From NCBI GenBank assembly GCA_040222015.1, contig JAVJWO010000100.1, positions 1-11,880 on the forward strand: a stretch of DNA of 11,880 bases, in the 5' to 3' direction. The DNA comes from Coleofasciculus chthonoplastes F2-STO-03. Lineage in GTDB: Bacteria > Cyanobacteriota > Cyanobacteriia > Cyanobacteriales > Coleofasciculaceae. Each line of letters begins with the position of its first letter. Position 1 is the first letter of the stretch. Position numbers and translations under genes: made by a program. Positions 8,087-11,880 of the stretch are shown piece by piece. Below the pieces are notes generated by a model. It saw only the letters and a program-made list of their open reading frames with translations. It was not told the DNA's origin and did not search any database.

Positions 8087-8332
8087 CGCTAGTCCCCCAA
8101 TCCGGTAGAACTTGCCAAATCCAGCATACTTTATATTCTCGTCTCAAAAATAATGGCTCAGGACTTACCCTTCGCTGTTTCCCTCTAGTCTACAGATACA
8201 GGGTATGGCGAAACTCAGTTATCTTCAGGAGTTTTACTCGCTAACTCTAGTTTGACTAATTTTTTCTGAAAAAAGAAAAATATCGACGTCACATTGATAG
8301 GGTTAAACCTTAAACTTTGTAACAAAATTTTC

Positions 8333-8361
8333 TTGACGGTTTGGTAAAGTTTGGCTACATT
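8333..8361 (+). promoter_or_regulatory. Putative sigma70-type promoter of the tail-collar gene
   Basis: TTGACG (8333-8338), a 17-bp spacer, then TACATT (8356-8361). This is a near-consensus -35/-10 pair with optimal spacing. Confidence 0.55.
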
Positions 8362-8507
8362 ACTATGTCATTAAGCTCTAAAGAAAACTAATGGAGTCCT
8401 GAACCCCAAGAATGATTACATCATTTCCCGGCTTTTTGTTAGGGCTACAGGAAGCAGAGGGCAGTTTTAGCGAAACGTTACCTTATGGAAAACTTGAGGA
8501 ATTTATT

Positions 8508-9056
8508 ATGACAACACCCTTTATCGGTCAAATTGCCATGGTTGCTTTTGATGTGGTTCCCGATGGTTGGTATCTTTGTGACGGTACACTACATGACATA
8601 ATAAGTGACGAAAACGACATTCTGGCTTCAATCTTGGCAGGAAAGTACAATCAGCCTGGTGATCCAACACAAGGCGTTTTTCGTGTCCCTGATTTAAGAG
8701 GTCGCGTTCCTCTGGGGATAAACCCGATGGGAGGAAATAGTGATAATGATCGCAACTCCTATGGCTTGGGTGATAAAAGTGGATCAGAGCAGGTTGAATT
8801 AACTCAAGCGAACTTACCAGAAATTCAACTGAAATTAAAAGCGACGAATGCTGACTCCAACGAAACCAGTCCGAGTGGATCTGCCATTTTGTCGAAACCG
8901 AGAAGTAGCATCTATGCTACTGGAGCTACTAATTTCGTGGAAATGGACTGTATTTCTAGTATCGGTAGTAGCGAGAACAACGCCCACAATAACCTGCAAC
9001 CCTACTTAGCGATTAACTTTATCATCGCTTATCAAGGAATCGATCCACGCATCTAG
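8508..9056 (+). CDS. Phage tail-collar domain protein (microcystin-dependent protein-like family), 182 aa
   Basis: Family motifs PFIGQI...AF..VPDGW.LCDG, F.VPDLRGRVP, G...GSE.V.LT..NLP and C-terminal HNNLQPYLAINFIIA.QG. I moved the start from 8412 to the ATG at 8508 because GAGGA lies at 8496-8500 and the family motif begins there. Confidence 0.88.
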   Translation: MTTPFIGQIAMVAFDVVPDGWYLCDGTLHDIISDENDILASILAGKYNQPGDPTQGVFRVPDLRGRVPLGINPMGGNSDNDRNSYGLGDKSGSEQVELTQANLPEIQLKLKATNADSNETSPSGSAILSKPRSSIYATGATNFVEMDCISSIGSSENNAHNNLQPYLAINFIIAYQGIDPRI

Positions 9057-9085
9057 TGGTATGACCCAGCTAAAATAGGGCTTTG

Positions 9086-9148
9086 TTTGTAGTGAACACG
9101 TCACTACTCTAATGCCTAGCTGAAGAGTACTAAAGTGTTCACTACGAA
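9086..9148. repeat. GTAG-type REPIN-like inverted repeat between convergent genes; candidate bidirectional terminator or stability stem
   Basis: The arms TTTGTAGTGAACACGTCACTACTCT (9086-9110) and AGAGTACTAAAGTGTTCACTACGAA (9124-9148) are complementary at 21/25 positions. The core GTAGTGAACAC/GTGTTCACTAC is perfect. Confidence 0.75.
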
Positions 9149-9176
9149 GCCGATCTATATCAGTATTTCGGGTTAG

Positions 9177-9929
9177 TTAACGCTGGGTTATTTTTTTCGT
9201 CAATCTCGAACCAAACCCCGCTGCCCCCAGTGCAAAGATACCTAGAATCGAAGCAGGTTCGGGAACTTCTGTGTGAGGTTCTTCAAACGCTTCTCCTACC
9301 TCAATGTTGTCAATAGCAAAGCTATTAACCTGAAAGCCAGGTTCTTCGTTGGGATCATCAGAAACAGGTGCATCTATCCCTTTAAACTCAACGCTACTCA
9401 AGTTACTCCACTGCTGGTCAAAGGTTATGGTTTGAAAATCTTCTTGAGGTCCACTTCCATCAGTAATACCATCAAAGGAAATCATTGTTGTAATCGAACC
9501 GCCTTCGGCTAAAAAGCCAGTTAATTCAACCATTTTGGATTGATCCTGGGGTTCTCCCCATTCTGCCAAGTCCAAGCTGAGTAACGAAAATGGAGTTCCG
9601 TTAACGTGAGACATGGTGACAGGATTTATAAACGGCTCCAATGTGTTATCGTTTAATAAATTCCGGATTACAAAATAGGTGCTGTCATTATGCGCCTCAA
9701 ATACATTATTCGCTAATGCATACTGAGTTTGTTCACGGGGGAGAGTCGGCTCTAACAAGAAATCCTGCGATGTTATCGAGGAGAAAACATCTTCATTATC
9801 ATTAGGTTCAATCGCATTATCTTCAAAATCAATAACCAGTGCTTGGGCGGCTGGACTGCTTAATACGGCAATTAACGTAGCCAGAGCTGTCGTTAGTGAT
9901 AATTTGCCAATGACCTTTGAATGAGCCAT
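9177..9929 (-). CDS. PEP-CTERM sorting domain protein (cyanobacterial type), ~250 aa
   Basis: Signal peptide MAHSKVIGKLSLTTALATLIAVLSSPAAQA|L, an acidic body beginning IDFE and ending FAIDNI, and C-terminal VPEP + hydrophobic segment + basic tail (SRLTKK). The ATG at 9929 is preferred over the TTG at 9956. Confidence 0.9.
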   Translation of the reverse strand: MAHSKVIGKLSLTTALATLIAVLSSPAAQALVIDFEDNAIEPNDNEDVFSSITSQDFLLEPTLPREQTQYALANNVFEAHNDSTYFVIRNLLNDNTLEPFINPVTMSHVNGTPFSLLSLDLAEWGEPQDQSKMVELTGFLAEGGSITTMISFDGITDGSGPQEDFQTITFDQQWSNLSSVEFKGIDAPVSDDPNEEPGFQVNSFAIDNIEVGEAFEEPHTEVPEPASILGIFALGAAGFGSRLTKKITQR

Positions 9930-10673
9930 GATAAAATGTATGTCCAAAAAAATCAAACTGAGTTGTGGAGATGCCTAGCCCTGATGGAAACCAAGAAAAC
10001 TTAAATGTGTGGTAAGTCAATAGTCAAGCTGTTTTATTGTCTGAGAAATTATCCAGCTTTAATCTCGAATTTTCCTTATTGTTTATCATTGCATCTTGCC
10101 AAGTAAAACTACAAGTGTTATAGCCATGATTTACGGAAAAAACATAGTCAAGATGACTTAAATAAAGTTGTGATAAAGTTTGCTCCAGATTTAAAACCTT
10201 GATTAGAAATTAGATAGGACATTGTGCCACAGCCGTTAATCGTCTGCTGGTCAAATCCATTTCTATTTTTCTAAAAACTATGTTTGACTAAGACTTCTTG
10301 GACTTTAGCTCTTAGCTAGAATCTGAAGCCTTGCAACCAACTGTTGTCAGAAAAGCTATCAACGTTACGGTCGGTTTTTCTTTTCTTGAAAGAGTATTTA
10401 TATCATAATGGAATGTAAAGAGGTATAAACGTTGCTCAACAGAGACGAACTAGCAGTACCTTGGATAAAGGTGTAATTGTACCTTCATCCTTTCATCCCC
10501 CCATTCCGGAATTCTGGGAGTTAATTTTCGTTTTCCAAATAATTATGATTACTTATTTGACAAATTTAATTCTAAAAGGTAATATTAGAGGTTATTTTTA
10601 TACCAAGGCAACTCCCCTCCGTTCCCTGTTCCCCAATCTCAACCGTCAATTTTAATGAAAGTCCGACCCCTGC

Positions 10674-11699
10674 TCAAAGCTTGGTAACCGTTTCCACCTC
10701 TACATCTTTCAACTGCTCCAAAGACTGCCAAACGGTTTGCAACAACGACTCTAACCCTTTTTGAGTCACGGCTGAAATTTGGAACACGGGTACATGGGTT
10801 AAGTGATTGAGTTCAGTCGCCAGCAGCTCTACCGTCTCTGAATCAACCGCATCTATCTTATTCAATGCCAGAATTTGGGGACGTTCTGACAATCCCCGTC
10901 CGTAAGCCTGTAACTCAGCTTGAATGGTTTGATAATCGCCAATCGGATCATCAGCCGTAGCGTCAATTAGGTGCAATAACAAGCGTGTGCGTTCGATATG
11001 GCGAAGAAAGTCATACCCTAACCCGGTTCCCAGATGCGCCCCTTCGATTAATCCCGGAATGTCGGCAAACACTGTACCATCACCTGTAGGTTTACGAACC
11101 ACACCTAAATTGGGTACTAACGTCGTAAATGGATAATCAGCAATTTTCGGGCGTGCAGCAGACAAGGCAGCAATTAGCGTGGACTTACCTGCATTGGGCA
11201 AACCAATAATACCCACTTCTGCCAGTAATTTTAACTCCAAACGCAAGCGGCGATACTCTCCAGGGAGTCCGGGTAAGGCATAATCAGGAGCGCGATTGCG
11301 ATTGCTCAAAAAATGCTTGTTCCCTAATCCTCCCTTACCTCCCTTAGCCGCGCAAAAGGTTTGTCCCGGTTGGACTAAATCCCCGATAATTTCCTGGGTA
11401 TCTGCATCATAGACAACTGTACCGCAGGGAACTTGAATCGTGCGATCGCGCCCATTAGCACCCGTTCGATTATTCGGTCCCCCACGTCCCCCATTGTCGG
11501 CTTGGAAGCGATGGGCATATTTCAAATCCAGCAAGGTTTGCAGGTGTTCAGCCGCCACCAGAATCACATCTCCACCCCGTCCCCCATTCCCACCCGCAGG
11601 TCCTCCCGCAGGCACATATTTCTCCCGTCGGAAGGCGACAATCCCGTCGCCGCCCTTTCCCGCTTCTACTTCAATTTCTGCTTGATCAATAAATTGCAT
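10674..11699 (-). CDS. obgE: GTPase ObgE/CgtA
   Basis: MQFID...[26 protein letters not shown] glycine-rich Obg fold, plus G1 GLPNAGKS, G2 YPFTT, G3 DIPG, G4 NKID and G5 ISA. Confidence 0.98.
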   Translation of the reverse strand: MQFIDQAEIEVEAGKGGDGIVAFRREKYVPAGGPAGGNGGRGGDVILVAAEHLQTLLDLKYAHRFQADNGGRGGPNNRTGANGRDRTIQVPCGTVVYDADTQEIIGDLVQPGQTFCAAKGGKGGLGNKHFLSNRNRAPDYALPGLPGEYRRLRLELKLLAEVGIIGLPNAGKSTLIAALSAARPKIADYPFTTLVPNLGVVRKPTGDGTVFADIPGLIEGAHLGTGLGYDFLRHIERTRLLLHLIDATADDPIGDYQTIQAELQAYGRGLSERPQILALNKIDAVDSETVELLATELNHLTHVPVFQISAVTQKGLESLLQTVWQSLEQLKDVEVETVTKL

Positions 11700-11701
11700 G
11701 A

Positions 11702-11736
11702 TTTGTCATTTGTCATTCGTCATTGGTCATTTGTCA
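11702..11736. repeat. STRR2-type heptamer array, 5 copies of TTNGTCA, in the obgE 5' region
   Basis: TTTGTCA TTTGTCA TTCGTCA TTGGTCA TTTGTCA, matching the STRR2 consensus TT(G/T)GTCA. Confidence 0.88.
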
Positions 11737-11748
11737 AAGACGTCTTAC

Positions 11749-11754
11749 AGTATA
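11749..11754 (-). promoter_or_regulatory. Possible -10 box (TATACT) for obgE
   Basis: AGTATA on the + strand is TATACT on the minus strand, ~50 bp upstream of the obgE ATG. There is no recognisable -35. Confidence 0.35.
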
Positions 11755-11764
11755 AGCGATGGTG

Positions 11765-11880
11765 CAGGTTCCCCCGCACTTCAGTCGGGGGATGAAACCG
11801 AGCAAGTCGTAAAGACAGCGGGATTTATCCCGCAATAATTCCCTCAAGTGATATAATATAAAAATCAACAAGGAGGGAAT
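11765..11880 (+). mobile_element. Probable left end of an IS200/IS605-family element; its gene would begin beyond the window
   Basis: Subterminal-type hairpin TCCCCCG-CACTTCAGT-CGGGGGA (11770-11792), a second hairpin GCGGGAT-TT-ATCCCGC (11818-11833), then an extended -10 and AAGGAGG. No transposase is visible in the window. Confidence 0.6.
11849..11876 (+). promoter_or_regulatory. Perfect extended -10 promoter (TGnTATAAT) and strong Shine-Dalgarno
   Basis: TG 11849-11850, TATAAT 11852-11857 and AAGGAGG 11870-11876. Confidence 0.7.

Larger units (their letters stand above)
1175..11449. repeat. HIP1 octamer GCGATCGC, at least 7 dispersed copies
   Basis: Copies at 1175, 2081, 2104, 2666, 7359, 7976 and 11442. 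About 0.2 would be expected by chance at uniform base composition. Confidence 0.9.

Noticed and set aside
8344..8358. NtcA box
   Set aside because: The spacing is GTA-N9-TAC rather than GTA-N8-TAC.
8412..8507. N-terminal 32-aa extension of the tail-collar ORF
   Set aside because: The family motif and a GAGGA SD point to the ATG at 8508.
8508..9056. Prophage or contractile injection system
   Set aside because: No other structural, integrase or lysis genes occur in the window.
9273..10655. ORFs 9273-9512, 9829-10020 and 10461-10655
   Set aside because: They overlap the PEP-CTERM gene or are short ORFs in AT-rich or STRR-like DNA with no motifs or clear RBS.
11433..11795. Plus-strand ORFs 11433-11795 and 11440-11685
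   Set aside because: They are antisense to obgE, and the FVIRHWSFV stretch is just the translated STRR2 array.
47..11880. Composite transposon spanning the window between the two IS-like ends
   Set aside because: The ends are on opposite strands and point outward, their hairpins differ, and the span includes the core gene obgE.

Overview
This looks like an 11.9 kb chromosomal segment of a filamentous cyanobacterium, judged from at least 7 HIP1 GCGATCGC sites, STRR heptamer arrays, GTAG-type REP palindromes and a cyanobacterial-style PEP-CTERM protein. Five genes are well supported: a DCC/DUF393 thiol-disulfide oxidoreductase (-); a 2342-aa filamentous-haemagglutinin/TPS-domain exoprotein with two internal repeat blocks and a C-terminal CHAT caspase-like domain (-); a divergent stand-alone phage tail-collar protein (+); a PEP-CTERM surface protein (-); and the GTPase obgE (-). 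The most notable non-coding signals are at the two ends. At 47-181 (-) is a structured ~135-nt segment resembling a TnpB omegaRNA/IS200-IS605 right end, with no tnpB upstream. At ~11765-11880 (+) is an IS200/IS605-like left end with a perfect extended -10 and an anti-Shine-Dalgarno inverted repeat. All family assignments come from motif recognition by eye; no searches were run.
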